Notes under the pieces: model-generated
The model's input: the letters and a program-made list of their open reading frames with translations, nothing else
What the model was told of the DNA's origin: nothing
The model's database searches: none
Origin: Trypanosoma brucei
Taxonomy: Eukaryota
NCBI GenBank assembly: GCA_000002445.1
Contig: CH464491.1
Location: 4,096,001 to 4,160,000 of the forward strand
Direction of reading: 5' to 3'
Length of the DNA: 64,000 nt
Made by a program: the position numbers and the translations under genes
Shown: in pieces, positions 1 through 11,186 of the stretch
How positions within the stretch are numbered: the first letter of the stretch is position 1
Layout: each line of letters begins with the position of its first letter

Positions 1-2950
1 GGTCCCGTGACTTGGACACATATATCCAAAGCGGCCCGGAATTGGGCTTAGGTGGTTCAGAGTGCGTTGCGGATTCTGTGGACCCTTTCATGTCTTCCAT
101 TGCCTCACTGCCGGAGGTTCCGCCAGAACTGCCATTTGCTAACTGTTTCCACAGCCATGCCAACAGCACGCCATTTTGAAGGGCAGTCTCTTCCTCATTG
201 GATTCATCCTTGACAGTAAGCCCCATCTTTTCCATAACTATCTTCCTGTAGGTGAACATGGATGCAAGCTTAAGCCACAGTGCCACAGCATCGCCACAGC
301 GACCCTTACTCATTTGGACTGCCTTCATTGCTTGCTCCAGTGCTTTTTCATGCCTTCCTGCTGCGTGGTACAACTTTGCAACCGATGAAAACACAAGGGG
401 GTCACGTACGCGCCAGTGTTGCACTGCCTGAGCAGCTGCACGCCCTCGCGTCGCGGGGTTTTCCAAGTCAATGGAAAGTGCCACGAGTTCCCCCACCGAA
501 ACCGTAAAGCAGCCGTCAACCTTAGGAAGTTGCTGAAGCACCTCCTTCACGGTTTCAAGGGCCGTCTCGCTACCGGCATGCCGCAATTCAACATGACATC
601 TCGCCAGCCCAAAAGTCGCACGCACCTCAGCCCGTTTTGTGCTGCCATTGTGATGAAGATGTTGGCACCCTTTTTCGCACACGACAAGCCCCTCCAGGAG
701 TAGGGCTCTAGCGGCCCCGGCGTCACTAAACAAATTGGACTCTAGCTTCACTGCCGCGTAGCACCATATGGTAGGGGAGAGTCGGCAGTGCTCTGACGAT
801 AGTGCTTTACCGTATACCCTACGCAGTCCATTGATAGTGGGCGCAGTACTGGAACCGCGCGCCATAGCGTCCTCCAGCAGCTGCTGCGCTTTCATTCCTT
901 CAGCCTCCAATCTCATAAGCCACAGCCGTTCAGACGTGGGAAAGTGAACAAGTGCTTCATCAAGCAGAGGCACGATGTCCTCACGATTACTGCGGCGGTG
1001 TACTGCCAACTTCACCCAGGCGATATCTGAGTCAGACGGATCTATGGCCGTCCCTTTCAGAAGGAGTTCCTCCGCCCCTTTGCGGCAGCCCATGGCCATT
1101 TTTGTCTTCGCCGCAGCTGTAAAAAGAAGCGCATTCACCGGATACCGCGTGATGGCGAGCATCAAAACACGGTGTGCCCCGTCGTAGAAGTGATGGTCAT
1201 AAAAAACCTTTGCAACAGAAAGCATCACATCGATTGTGTTGAACGCGGGAGCACGGAACAACGTATATAGTAGTACCGATACAAGCGGCAACGGAAGACA
1301 CTGCGAAGCGGCGGTGGCTGAGGTTGAACAGGTTGGCGGCGCTGCCTGGATGGTAGCCACTGGCCTTCCCAACTCCTCTTCTTCTTCCTCCTCCTTTATC
1401 CCTTCCTTTTTCATGCCGTCTTCTACTCTGCTCGTGTATGACACGGTAGTCGAAGAAATGTACCTCGTCACAGCAGAAACCGCAGTCTCTAGTGATGTGA
1501 AGGGTGCTGAGCGGAGAGCAAATCCTATAATTTGCACGTCCTTCTCTGTCACTGCTTCATTTGTCCCTTTTACTGCGGCATCACGGCCAATGAGCATTGT
1601 GGCCCATGCGGCACAGAGGACATCATGTGCCCTCCACATATCAGGAACAAGGGCCGCCAAATCCTCAAGCCATGTAACCGGGATAGTAAGAGTTGCCGCT
1701 CCCGTATCACAAACGAAGTGCAAGAGCATGTACGCAGAAGTTAATATGTAACGCTCAGATACAGCCACTCGGGCTGCGTCAAGCCACTCGGTTCTCGATT
1801 TTTCTTCGTCCATTAGGAGAAAACGCTGAGCTGCCTGTCGCACCAGTGAGTGGATCTTCGCATTATGTAACTGCTCGTTGCCTCCCTCTTTTTCACTGCC
1901 TACCTGACCCCTGAGATGAAACTCCTCAAACTTCGCACCCTCAATAATGATTTTCATTGACGGATGCTCTGCAGCCGCGGCATTGAAAATAGCCTTCCCA
2001 CGTTCGTAGTCCTCTAGCCGCGCCAACATTGCCCAAAGTGACGGAAGGGTAGGAGTAACCTCAAGTGCCTTACGAATAATTTTCCTCTGATCCCGCGGTG
2101 CAGTAACATAACCTAATATACGAAGCCAAAGACTTTCGCTTGCAGGACAGGCCATTACAGCTTTCTGCAACCAGTGGAGCTGTTCGTGTGGCGGTTGGTA
2201 TTGCAGCAGTAAAAACCAAAGCTCTTCACACGTTTTGCATGCTGCTACAGCCTGCTCTAGCAGCTGTCGTTGGGCTGCTGGATCGTTAAGATGCTGGAGT
2301 TGCTCTTTCCAAATAAGTGGGCCTTTACTTCCGGTTAGTCTTGATCCTTCCACTAACGTTTGTTGAGCCTTCTTTGTCATACCCATTTCACGGAGTGCGC
2401 GAGAATGTGTAATCCACGTCGTTTGCTCCGATGAAGAGCCCATGTTAAGAATATTTTCCAGCGTCTGATTCGCTGCGAGGGCTCTGCCACGCAATAGATC
2501 ACTTGCTGTCACCACGGCAGTTTCATCATCGAAAGCGTATCCGTCCACAACGTCCATATCTTCTGTACGCGCCTTGCGTTTCACCAGTGATTGATTGGAA
2601 GCACCACTTCCCACTGTTGCGATATCCTCCATCGAAAGCAAGAGTTTTGGTTTCTTACCCTCACGAGATGTGGCTCCACCCTTCACATCCTCCCTCCTAC
2701 GCTTGTGACGGCGCTCCTCGAGACGATCAAGCGCATCAAGCATGGCACTCTGCTCACCACCTAACGCCAACAGCGGGGCAGAGACGCCCGTCGTCGCACT
2801 TAACTCTGCTGAAGTGATGAATGCCTTTGCACCACGGCCGATACCATATTGGTATCCACGCGGTGGGAACGGCGATCGCCAATCATACTTGGCTAATACC
2901 TGCTCGTATTTATCCACCTTAGTGGAAAGGACAGGTGCCGCAGCGCTCAT
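1..2950 (-). CDS. PRP6: pre-mRNA splicing factor PRP6-like protein (HAT/TPR repeats); 5' end at 2950, 3' end runs off the window
   Basis: ATG at 2950..2948. Reverse-complement translation begins MSAAAPVLSTKVDKYEQVLAKYDWRSPFPPRGYQYGIGRGAKAF..., matching the PRP6 N-terminal motif (PxGY.xG.GRGA.GFTT). The frame stays open to position 1, which explains why the ORF track does not list it. Downstream repeats look HAT-like (e.g. ..SLWLRIL..., ..ERLWLMRLEAEG..) in my by-eye translation, which I could not verify at every position. Confidence 0.6.
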   Translation of the reverse strand, partial: MSAAAPVLSTKVDKYEQVLAKYDWRSPFPPRGYQYGIGRGAKAFITSAELSATTGVSAPLLALGGEQSAMLDALDRLEERRHKRRREDVKGGATSREGKKPKLLLSMEDIATVGSGASNQSLVKRKARTEDMDVVDGYAFDDETAVVTASDLLRGRALAANQTLENILNMGSSSEQTTWITHSRALREMGMTKKAQQTLVEGSRLTGSKGPLIWKEQLQHLNDPAAQRQLLEQAVAACKTCEELWFLLLQYQPPHEQLHWLQKAVMACPASESLWLRILGYVTAPRDQRKIIRKALEVTPTLPSLWAMLARLEDYERGKAIFNAAAAEHPSMKIIIEGAKFEEFHLRGQVGSEKEGGNEQLHNAKIHSLVRQAAQRFLLMDEEKSRTEWLDAARVAVSERYILTSAYMLLHFVCDTGAATLTIPVTWLEDLAALVPDMWRAHDVLCAAWATMLIGRDAAVKGTNEAVTEKDVQIIGFALRSAPFTSLETAVSAVTRYISSTTVSYTSRVEDGMKKEGIKEEEEEEELGRPVATIQAAPPTCSTSATAASQCLPLPLVSVLLYTLFRAPAFNTIDVMLSVAKVFYDHHFYDGAHRVLMLAITRYPVNALLFTAAAKTKMAMGCRKGAEELLLKGTAIDPSDSDIAWVKLAVHRRSNREDIVPLLDEALVHFPTSERLWLMRLEAEGMKAQQLLEDAMARGSSTAPTINGLRRVYGKALSSEHCRLSPTIWCYAAVKLESNLFSDAGAARALLLEGLVVCEKGCQHLHHNGSTKRAEVRATFGLARCHVELRHAGSETALETVKEVLQQLPKVDGCFTVSVGELVALSIDLENPATRGRAAAQAVQHWRVRDPLVFSSVAKLYHAAGRHEKALEQAMKAVQMSKGRCGDAVALWLKLASMFTYRKIVMEKMGLTVKDESNEEETALQNGVLLAWLWKQLANGSSGGTSGSEAMEDMKGSTESATHSEPPKPNSGPLWIYVSKSRD

Positions 2951-3309
2951 CCCTAATAACAGCACGCACTGGTACCACTACTTCGTGAACTGATTCTCAC
3001 AAAGCGCTACCAAACCATGGAGAAAGGCGTGGTGAGGGGAAACAATGAAAAGGGACAACGCAGCGCATGTTCGCAATGGCAAGTAATTCCCACCCAATGA
3101 AGAGGAGCAAATACATAATAACAGTGACGATGACAATAATGATTTTTTTTGTTTTTATAAATTATAACGACCGCAGGCACCGGTAGCGTAAGCTACCAAA
3201 AAAAAAACGATAAAAGGAATGTTATTTTCCTCCCTTCCCATTCTCAAATGAAATGATGAGAAACTAAAAAGTAACCATCCCCTCCCCCCAGAGACCGACC
3301 CATGGGTTC

Positions 3310-3795
3310 TTACTGAGGTCGTAAGTCTTCCTCGTAGTCATCATCAAACATACTCCGCCGTTTGTCCAAAGATACACCACTGCGGTCTATCTTTTCCTCC
3401 AGCATCCTATTGAGCGCTAAACCTTGCCAGAACACATAACCAATCATAAGGACATACATCCAATAAAACACTCTAAAGTCGATTTTCTGCAGCGGTCCTT
3501 TCCACTGCGCGTACCGAATAAGAGACTCCCGCAACACATTGGTATCCACGTCGCGAAAATCCTCCGGGTTCACCTTTCCCTTATTGATACGTGCCTGACG
3601 TATGTAACGCCGCATTGCTCCGTAAGCTCCATGTGTGTACATGAAGAATTTGGGGCAGTCCATAACCAAGTAAACTGCATCACGCGCTGCGCAGTGCACT
3701 TTGTTACCTATTGGGTCCCATACGGTAAAAGTACGTACATCATGCTGTAGCGATGTGCCTACTCTTTTAACAAAATTTGTGATGCTTGTCGACAT
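3310..3795 (-). CDS. hypothetical small membrane protein (161 aa) with one C-terminal transmembrane segment
   Basis: ORF with a true ATG (cat at 3793..3795 on +). Composition is non-repetitive. Hydrophobic stretch FYWMYVLMIGYVFWQGLAL followed by an acidic tail. No family recognised. Confidence 0.4.
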   Translation of the reverse strand: MSTSITNFVKRVGTSLQHDVRTFTVWDPIGNKVHCAARDAVYLVMDCPKFFMYTHGAYGAMRRYIRQARINKGKVNPEDFRDVDTNVLRESLIRYAQWKGPLQKIDFRVFYWMYVLMIGYVFWQGLALNRMLEEKIDRSGVSLDKRRSMFDDDYEEDLRPQ

Positions 3796-4195
3796 ACCCC
3801 TAATTTGCTGGTTGTGTCTTTACGCTTGGTTTACCGTACCAGCCTCCCTGACCCCCTCCAGAAGCGACAATAACAGGACGGGTTCGCACAGTTTGCCCTT
3901 TTTGACTTTCAATTTTTCTGTAAGCGACGACGGTGAGGGTACTATCACTACTACGAAAGAGGAGGCAACGACAAAAAAAACATATGAAAGAGGTCGTACG
4001 ATGGAGTGGAGCAGGGATCAGTGACAGATTAACTTAAGTAATCAAAGCATAGATACCCCAAGTGAGGACAGGCAGGGTATAGACAGTGAGATCTGCTAAT
4101 TTCTCAGTGTATATTACATGGAGTGGCCAGCATAACTAATGCGCTCCACCTCACGAACCAACGGAAAACAGAGCAATGATCGCCAAGGGGCAAAA

Positions 4196-5737
4196 TCACG
4201 CACAGATAAACTGCCACAACTGACGTTCAATATCAACAACGACAACCGACTGTCCGTCATCGATGGTCAAGCAATCGGTGTAGAAGTCAGATTGAACAGC
4301 TGCCTGGGTGTCAGTACCTCTCCTCTTCTCAAACACGACAGTGCCGTTACGCAATTTGTACTTGAGGTACAATGGGCCACCACCTTCTTCGTTTAACGGC
4401 GCCGTGGTTGAGTAAAAGGACGAATTGTGAGGCCAGTTCAATGCCAGTGATACGTGTGTTCCTGGTCGCACATCCAAAGCAAAGGATGGTTCCAACGGCC
4501 CAACAAAAAAGTTCTCCTTAAGTTCCCTGCACTGAGTTTCAATGACCTCCATCGTCACCGCGTCCGCCAAACGTAGGGCTCCCACAGCACCGCCCTCGAG
4601 GCCAGTTTCAAAACAGTTGGTCAAAAAACGCAACGCAGCCTCATAGTACGCCGGCTCAACGCGGAGAGTGGTGGCACGGAGGGAAGATGCCTTCTCTTTC
4701 CAGAGGTTGCTTGTGTCTTCACATCCGCCTGAACCGAGAGGAAGCAGAAATGCCGGTGGTGGACGGGTTTTCAATAACCAATGCAGGCCAAGTACCCGCC
4801 AGCGCCCACTCTGCAGCAACTCCCACGTAAAATCCACTGCCAGTACATGCTTCACAATCATTCGTACAACACCATTATCTGTGAATGGGAACTCAAACCA
4901 GCGTAACTGCCCCTCCAAATTCTCCCGTTTCATCGCTTCACTGGGAATAAATCGCACACCCTCAGCGCGCAAGAGACCCTGAAGATGTTCAACGGTACTA
5001 AAAAGTGAAGGCCACTCCCGAAGTAGTTCCGCTTTCGTGTCTAACCTATAAAACGACCCAAACATCTCCCGCTCCGCTTCAACGTTGAGATCCGCAAACT
5101 CTCTCACGGCAGGTGACACAAATGGTCGCATCTCGCCTTCACCACCTTCTTGGGACAACGTCGGGGTATGAAAAACATCAGGGAATAAAGCCACCCGAGC
5201 TGTATATAAGGCAAACCGCCGCTTACGTTGTGAGGTAGCTAACCGAGAGTATACCGTGCCACGTCGTTCGGTTTTGCCCTCAACAATCGCTGCATCACGA
5301 GGTCGTTTATCCTTTCTTCGAAAAATAATTTTTGTATTGTGCCCAAATAATTCCAATGCCGCTTCCGCTAACGAAACGGGCTTTCCAAGTGGTTGAACCG
5401 TGAGCTCCCGTCTCTGTCCTTCTCTTCCCATTGGCGCTGAGCCGATGTCTGGGAGCCCAGTGAATTCATGAATAAGATGACCCAAACCTCTCAGGGCAAC
5501 TTCTATGGGTTTGGGTGACTCGCAACCTCCTAAAGTGGCATTCCCCCCTTCGGCTGAAGACTGTCGGTGCGCGCTCTCGCGAATGATCCGAAGAATCACA
5601 CAAATGCGCTTGGCCTGGCAATCCAGTTCGTTTATATCCTCCTCGAACTCATCCGATATATCGTGTGCGGCACCCAGGGCCTGAGATGTGTAGTCTGCCA
5701 GCACCTGCAGTAAATTATTGGGAATCCTGAAGGACAT
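4196..5737 (-). CDS. hypothetical protein (~513 aa)
   Basis: Long minus ORF. The ORF-track start at 5782 is a GTG inside the (CA)n microsatellite (MCVCVCC...), so I trimmed to the first ATG (MSFRIPNN..., cat at 5735..5737). No recognisable domain. Confidence 0.5.
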   Translation of the reverse strand: MSFRIPNNLLQVLADYTSQALGAAHDISDEFEEDINELDCQAKRICVILRIIRESAHRQSSAEGGNATLGGCESPKPIEVALRGLGHLIHEFTGLPDIGSAPMGREGQRRELTVQPLGKPVSLAEAALELFGHNTKIIFRRKDKRPRDAAIVEGKTERRGTVYSRLATSQRKRRFALYTARVALFPDVFHTPTLSQEGGEGEMRPFVSPAVREFADLNVEAEREMFGSFYRLDTKAELLREWPSLFSTVEHLQGLLRAEGVRFIPSEAMKRENLEGQLRWFEFPFTDNGVVRMIVKHVLAVDFTWELLQSGRWRVLGLHWLLKTRPPPAFLLPLGSGGCEDTSNLWKEKASSLRATTLRVEPAYYEAALRFLTNCFETGLEGGAVGALRLADAVTMEVIETQCRELKENFFVGPLEPSFALDVRPGTHVSLALNWPHNSSFYSTTAPLNEEGGGPLYLKYKLRNGTVVFEKRRGTDTQAAVQSDFYTDCLTIDDGQSVVVVDIERQLWQFICA

Positions 5738-5764
5738 TTTCAATGCGACAAATATCACAGTGCA

Positions 5765-5792
5765 ACACACACACACACACACGCACGCACGC
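5765..5792. repeat. (CA)n/(GCAC)n microsatellite
   Basis: acacacacacacacacacgcacgcacgcgc read directly. Confidence 0.8.
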
Positions 5793-7812
5793 GCTACTGC
5801 TCTCTTTCACCTTTTCTCCCTTCAACACGGTCCTCGCTTGGACTACACTTTGCCGTCACCACTTCCGTAATTTGAACAGTATAAATGATAACAACGATAA
5901 CAGTACTGACAATAGAAACAGTGGAAAGAGGAGATAAGGAAATTTGACGACGCGACTTCCTGTGTTTTTTTTATTATATTGCATATGGCGCACGTATCAC
6001 AATAACCGGAACGGCGTGAATAAACTATTTAAAAATATATATGAAAAATTAGCCTGTTAGTACAACGAAAGCTTTTTCCTTCAGCCCACTGGAATCAACC
6101 CTTTACAAATCGGTGTATAAAATTATGCTTCGCAACGGCGCCTGCTTCTCTCACCCCTTTTTTTTCTTAGCACTTCGTAAAACTTCTGGCGAAAAGTGTC
6201 CAACTTTGCCCATCCCCCTTCCAACTAATCCACAACAAGCCCACAAAAGGAAAAAGAGATAATAACTTTTTTTTCAAACAAAATAAAAAAGGAAAAAAAT
6301 GGAAAATTGGGCGGTTACATATATATATATATATATAGTATGTTCTATGTTTCTCATTTATCTTTCTTTTTTTCCCCTCCTTTACATTTATGGGGAGTAC
6401 AACTGTTCAAAAAAAAAAAAAGAAATAGTCAGCAACGGTAGGGGGGCACTGCGAAATATGAAGTGAATATTAGGAGATGGGTGACGTAGGGCTCGTATCA
6501 TTGTGTTCAACTGCAGCAACAAAACGAAGATAAGACGGAAATTTTCCTATGAGGAAGGATGAGGAATTCACTTTCACCTAACTCAGTGAAGGTACAACAA
6601 CTAAAAGATAAAAAAGAAAAAATAAACAGGACAAACAAACAAACAAACAAAAAAATGGAACAAACTTGTTGTATTATACGTTTTCTTTACCTTCCACCGA
6701 CCCTCAGGACATCTAACTCACTCCTATGCGCACATTAAAAGTTTGTTTTGTCCTTTTATTTTATTTTCTTTTTTTCTCCATTCATTATTTTCATTCACTG
6801 ATTTCCCACCCTATTTACACCTTTAAATGCCGTTACCGTATACCACATAATGATTTGCCACGCGATTTGGCAAGGAAGTGAGGTGAAGGGGGAAATAGGC
6901 GAATGGGATTAAAAAAAAAAAAGGGCAGCCGCTTTGCACCGATACAATTGAGTTTTTTTTTTTTTTAACGGAAAATAAAGTGCGGAAAAATGACGGTGCA
7001 CGTACCAGCACAAACAAAACGCGTGTGTGTTGCCGGAGGAGAAAAGTAAAATAACCCAAAATAAAATAAAGAAAGCTCAACAGGTGCCGTAGCAACAGTT
7101 TTTTTTTTTTTTTTGGGGGGGATTTCCTCAATTTTTACCTCCTTTGCTTTTCTCGAAAGGTCGGATCTCCTGCACATATTTAGCCGAGATTGAGAAGACC
7201 ACACTAAAGGAAAATACAAGGAGAATAAAGAAAAAAAAAAGAAAGCCAAGAAAGAAAGAAACAAAATCAAGGGGGTGGGGGAGCGCAGGAGGTAAGGAGA
7301 GCACCAGATGGAAAAATAAAAGATTCAAAAAGGACGTAAAACAAACAAAAATAAGAATAATAAGAACAAAAATAATAACCTGCAACTGATGATAGACGTC
7401 TCACTGGGTGCTTTACTAACAAATAAGTAACTATATAAACAAAAACATAAAGGTTTAATCAATTAGTCCCCTTCGTTCCTTCCTTTCCTTTCTTTCGACT
7501 GGCCCTCAACCGTTCCGTCACGAATCATCATATAAATTTATTTTCGCAGAAAGTAACTGTTTCAACCCTTTATTTTGCTTCTATTGTTTTTTTCTATTAT
7601 TATAATAATAATATATATATGTATTTTTTTTCTGTTCAAGTATCATTTCAACCAATGGCTAACTCGTACGGAAAACGTTGTCATTACCGTGCGTCAGTTC
7701 GTCTATTTCGCTAACCCTTGTAACAATGCATAAATATATACGTATACATATAATCAATTTAAATATCTGATCTCAAGAATAAAAAACAGAGTGAAATAAC
7801 AAGGAATTTTAC

Positions 7813-7816
7813 TATA

Positions 7817-7848
<32 letters not shown>
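7813..7848. repeat. (TA)n microsatellite, about 18 units, inside a 3.1-kb gene-free AT-rich spacer
   Basis: tatatatatatatatatatatatatatatatata read directly. The same spacer holds further TA, CAAA and homopolymer runs at 6318-6336, 6629-6650 and 6401-6420. Confidence 0.8.
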
Positions 7849-7851
<3 letters not shown>

Positions 7852-8886
7852 GATCAGGTCAATATCATGATTTCGTTGAGAATCCATTGAGTAAATGATT
7901 TCCTTTGATATAGAGAAGTTGATGCGATGTTTTATATTTATTTATACATGTCGCCGCTTCATCCTTTGCAAAGCACCTCCTTTTACCTTCTCTCCTTTCT
8001 CCTAATTGCTACCAACATAATAGTTGTTATTTCAATTGTTCTTCCGTTTTGGTTCCCGCTGAAACGAAACAAAGTTAATTAATTTCCTCCATTTATTTTG
8101 ATTTATGAAGTTTCCCGCGACAATCAAAAAAAAAAAAAACACAAGACTCTCTTTCTTTCCTGCAATCATAAAGTGACTAATTTAATCTTTATTTATTATA
8201 TTTCCCCCTTCTCTGTAGCTCCTTCTTCATGGAAATTATTATTCATTATCATTGGTGCCTTTTATTATGATTCACCAGTGGTGCACAACAGTCGTTGCGA
8301 TATTTGAGGCTTACCACTGGGAAAAGGTAAAACAACACATACAAAAAGAGAGATACAATGATGGCATTGATGGTGGCGGTGGAACAAGGTGATTAAAAAA
8401 AAAAAACAATAAACGAAAAGTAAAAAAAAAGCAGGAAGTGATACAACACAGTGCCACGAATACCAAAAACGCATTCGTAGACGCGTAGAGGTCGAACTAA
8501 CGTCGCGCACGTAAAGGAGAGAGAGAAAAAAAAAAGAAGGAGAGTACAGAGACGAGGGTAAATGAGAACGACAGTGGAGGGTATAAAGACGAATGCGTGT
8601 ACGCGCGGGTGAAGAAGGAAGAAAAGGGAAAGGGAAAGGAAGTGAAGAGAAGTGAGGGAAGGGAAGGGAAGGAAAAGCACAGCGATGAGGAAAATAAGTT
8701 GAAACGAAACAGATGGGCCGAAGGAAAATGTTGTAGGGATAAACAGACAAAAAAGTCTGTGCATACGCACTCTTACACCTGTGCATGAAACTTATCCCGT
8801 GTGCACAGCGGATATCCTAGACCACAATGACACGCCTACATTAAAGAGTCAAATATGATTAAAATAACCGTCCTGCTTCCCTTGAG

Positions 8887-11004
8887 TTACACCACACTCG
8901 ACCGCCGCCACTGAGGAGTTGCCTCCAACATTGTTTCATCCTCTTTCCATATGGGAAAGCGTGGCGTCTCGGATAGAATAACTGGATGCATGTTGGGCAA
9001 CCGGTACTCGCTCCACAATGAGTTTGGTGATGGGGTCAAAAGCGGCTGCGTGTCCAGCAACGGGTCTCGGGTTTCCACTGAACTAAGCGGTTGCATGAGC
9101 TGTAACACGAGTTCGTGCATTTGTCGCTCTATTCTATGCTTACGGAGCACGTCTACGAAATTGACTCGGTTGAGCTCCCACACTTCTGTTCCATCATCAG
9201 GTGCAACAATGCTACACGTCCACGGGTGACGTCGCACACAGGTGTAGCCAACGATGCTTCCATCAGGAACGCGTGGCAGACTCGCCCACTCCCTTGCCTG
9301 CACAGTGCCTTCCGCATTACGTTGCACTACACCTTCGTCTTCCACTACAACTGCACCGCCTTGGCAGAAAAGAATGACGGAGTTGCACTCACTTCCACGC
9401 TCCACGATGCATTGCCCCGCTTCGTATCTCATCAATTTAAAACGTGCTGCGCAATCCGTATAGAAGCTGTCATGGGGACCGCAGAGACCCACCAACGGCA
9501 TTTTCCGCAACTGCTCTATAAAAAATGGTGAAACATTCACTCGGTCTGTTTTGTTATCGCGCGGTCGGAAGACATGGCTGGCGATGGAATTGTTGGCAAT
9601 TGTAACACGTTTACTGAAAACACCTGCAGCACCTTGCCCGCGTTGTATCAACTTAGGCACCTGTGAGGGGCTCAAAACGACAGTTTTGAGTACATCGAGA
9701 GAAGGAGGAACGAAACGCATCCCGTCAAAGCACTTATCGGCAGTCAGACTGATGACTTTAGCAGCGCGATGAATCTGTTGTCGGATATTTTGATCCCGTT
9801 TCATGAACGAAGAAAGAACAGAAAACGGCAGAAGGTAGAGGTCCACATTGGTCAGGGTAAAAAATTTATCGCCTAGTCCCTCATGGAACATGCACTGCCA
9901 TTCGCCAAAGGTATGTCCTTCCGAAAATAATGTGCGGCTCCTTGGTTGTGACGGAGGAGCACCGCCCATGGGAATAACCGCCTCCTCCTGCTGGAGGCAC
10001 ACTACGCCACGCCAAATAAAGAATATGTGTCGGGGAGCTTCCCGTTCTCCTATTTGCACACCAGCGGGCCTTACACGAGGCACGAGATGCTCCATCAACT
10101 GCAACAAATCTCTATCGCTGAGTGACACCAGCAGTGGGCAGATTCGCATACGGTTGCATGTCATACATCCAAAGTGCGGGAGCAGCCGCTCCCTCGTCTC
10201 GAGTGCTTTCATAAGAAGAGATCTGTGAATCTGCGGGGGAAACGATCCTAGCAGGGTGCAGTAGGCGCTTTTTGGTATCCATCCAATCAACACTACAGAA
10301 GACTCCGCCAGTAAGTACTCCGTACAGGGAAAACTCCCTACAGCAGAGCATTCCCCAAGTATAGTCGGGGCAGACAACAACGTGTTCCTCTGAGTTCGCA
10401 GAGCCTCAGACTCAATACTTCCTACACTCATTTTTTCACTGCACTGAGTCGATGGCGTAGCAACAATAGGACCCTCGTCGTCATCGTACGTGATAGAGAC
10501 TTCCACGTGAGAACTAGACAACCTCCTATCGTGTGACACCCTCCCTCTAGTTTGGCTAACAGTTGAGCATTTCTTAACAATACCTTTCGCCACGAATACT
10601 ACCGCGTTTGAGGGTTCTCTGCTGTACTGGATAAACTCACCTCGTAGATATACTCTATAGCTTATAGAATCCAGTAGCCTCTTGAGTTGCTCGTTGTTAT
10701 TCTCTAGTTCATCCACCGCGTTGGATTTTTTTAGGCAGGAACCCAACACGGAACGCTGCCTGAGAGCCCTGAAAAGCAACGGTTCCATTTTCACCTCCTT
10801 GCTCATATCCCTCGCGACTCGTTCCCGATACCACCTGGCAATATATCGACGAGCAATGGGATATAACAACCGCCGTAACGCTGCAAAAGCAATGGCTCGC
10901 ACCTCCTCACGGGTGGCGGACGGGTATTGCATCAGCTGCCATCCGAAAGGTACCGTTACCTGCGAGGCCGCGACACGCCTGGAAGCCGCCCACCTGCTGT
11001 CCAT
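8887..11004 (-). CDS. hypothetical protein (~705 aa), possibly with degenerate cyclic-nucleotide-binding-like repeats
   Basis: Long minus ORF. The ORF-track first codon at 11020..11022 is TTG, so I trimmed to the ATG of MDSRWAAS.. at 11004. Internal segments such as ..HTFGEWQCMF.. and ..GQCIVERGSECNSVILFCQGGAVVV.. weakly resemble cNMP-binding beta-barrel motifs. The domain call is tentative. Confidence 0.45.
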   Translation of the reverse strand: MDSRWAASRRVAASQVTVPFGWQLMQYPSATREEVRAIAFAALRRLLYPIARRYIARWYRERVARDMSKEVKMEPLLFRALRQRSVLGSCLKKSNAVDELENNNEQLKRLLDSISYRVYLRGEFIQYSREPSNAVVFVAKGIVKKCSTVSQTRGRVSHDRRLSSSHVEVSITYDDDEGPIVATPSTQCSEKMSVGSIESEALRTQRNTLLSAPTILGECSAVGSFPCTEYLLAESSVVLIGWIPKSAYCTLLGSFPPQIHRSLLMKALETRERLLPHFGCMTCNRMRICPLLVSLSDRDLLQLMEHLVPRVRPAGVQIGEREAPRHIFFIWRGVVCLQQEEAVIPMGGAPPSQPRSRTLFSEGHTFGEWQCMFHEGLGDKFFTLTNVDLYLLPFSVLSSFMKRDQNIRQQIHRAAKVISLTADKCFDGMRFVPPSLDVLKTVVLSPSQVPKLIQRGQGAAGVFSKRVTIANNSIASHVFRPRDNKTDRVNVSPFFIEQLRKMPLVGLCGPHDSFYTDCAARFKLMRYEAGQCIVERGSECNSVILFCQGGAVVVEDEGVVQRNAEGTVQAREWASLPRVPDGSIVGYTCVRRHPWTCSIVAPDDGTEVWELNRVNFVDVLRKHRIERQMHELVLQLMQPLSSVETRDPLLDTQPLLTPSPNSLWSEYRLPNMHPVILSETPRFPIWKEDETMLEATPQWRRSSVV

Positions 11005-11165
11005 TGGCTGGTTAACACTCAAACAGTAACAACAACGGCGACGCGCTCACGAACAACACAATACCAGAGCGGAAGAAGGAGGAATGAGGCCGCGGATTGT
11101 GCTGAACGGCCAATGAAATGGCGCGCGAAGGTGCAAAAACACGGCAGAGAGTATGTTCAAGCGTG

Positions 11166-11186
11166 CGTGTGTGTGTGTGTGTGTGT
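11166..11186. repeat. (GT)n microsatellite
   Basis: gtgtgtgtgtgtgtgtgtgtg in the spacer between two genes. Confidence 0.8.

Noticed and set aside
1236-1751. + strand ORFs of 60-190 aa throughout the window (e.g. 1236..1751, 15369..15902, 27424..27936, 27869..28438, 28156..28713, 31418..31975)
   Set aside because: Each lies entirely inside a well-supported minus-strand gene. They have low-complexity or repeat-driven translations (SSSSS, LCLRLR, PLPLP) and no recognisable family. They are antisense shadows typical of GC-balanced coding DNA.
6823-8786. Minus and plus ORFs of 80-170 aa in the 3.1-kb spacer (6823..7131, 6965..7270, 7128..7385, 8265..8786 and others)
   Set aside because: Their translations are poly-Lys, poly-Phe or FPFPF/SLSL strings produced by A-, T- and CT-rich simple sequence. 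They overlap each other in different frames. They are not protein-coding.
8887-11004. Confident assignment of the 705-aa protein as a cyclic-nucleotide-binding protein
   Set aside because: Only loose FGE-like and beta-strand patterns are visible. The phosphate-binding-cassette Arg/Ala signature is not evident by eye. Downgraded to a tentative note pending an HMM search.
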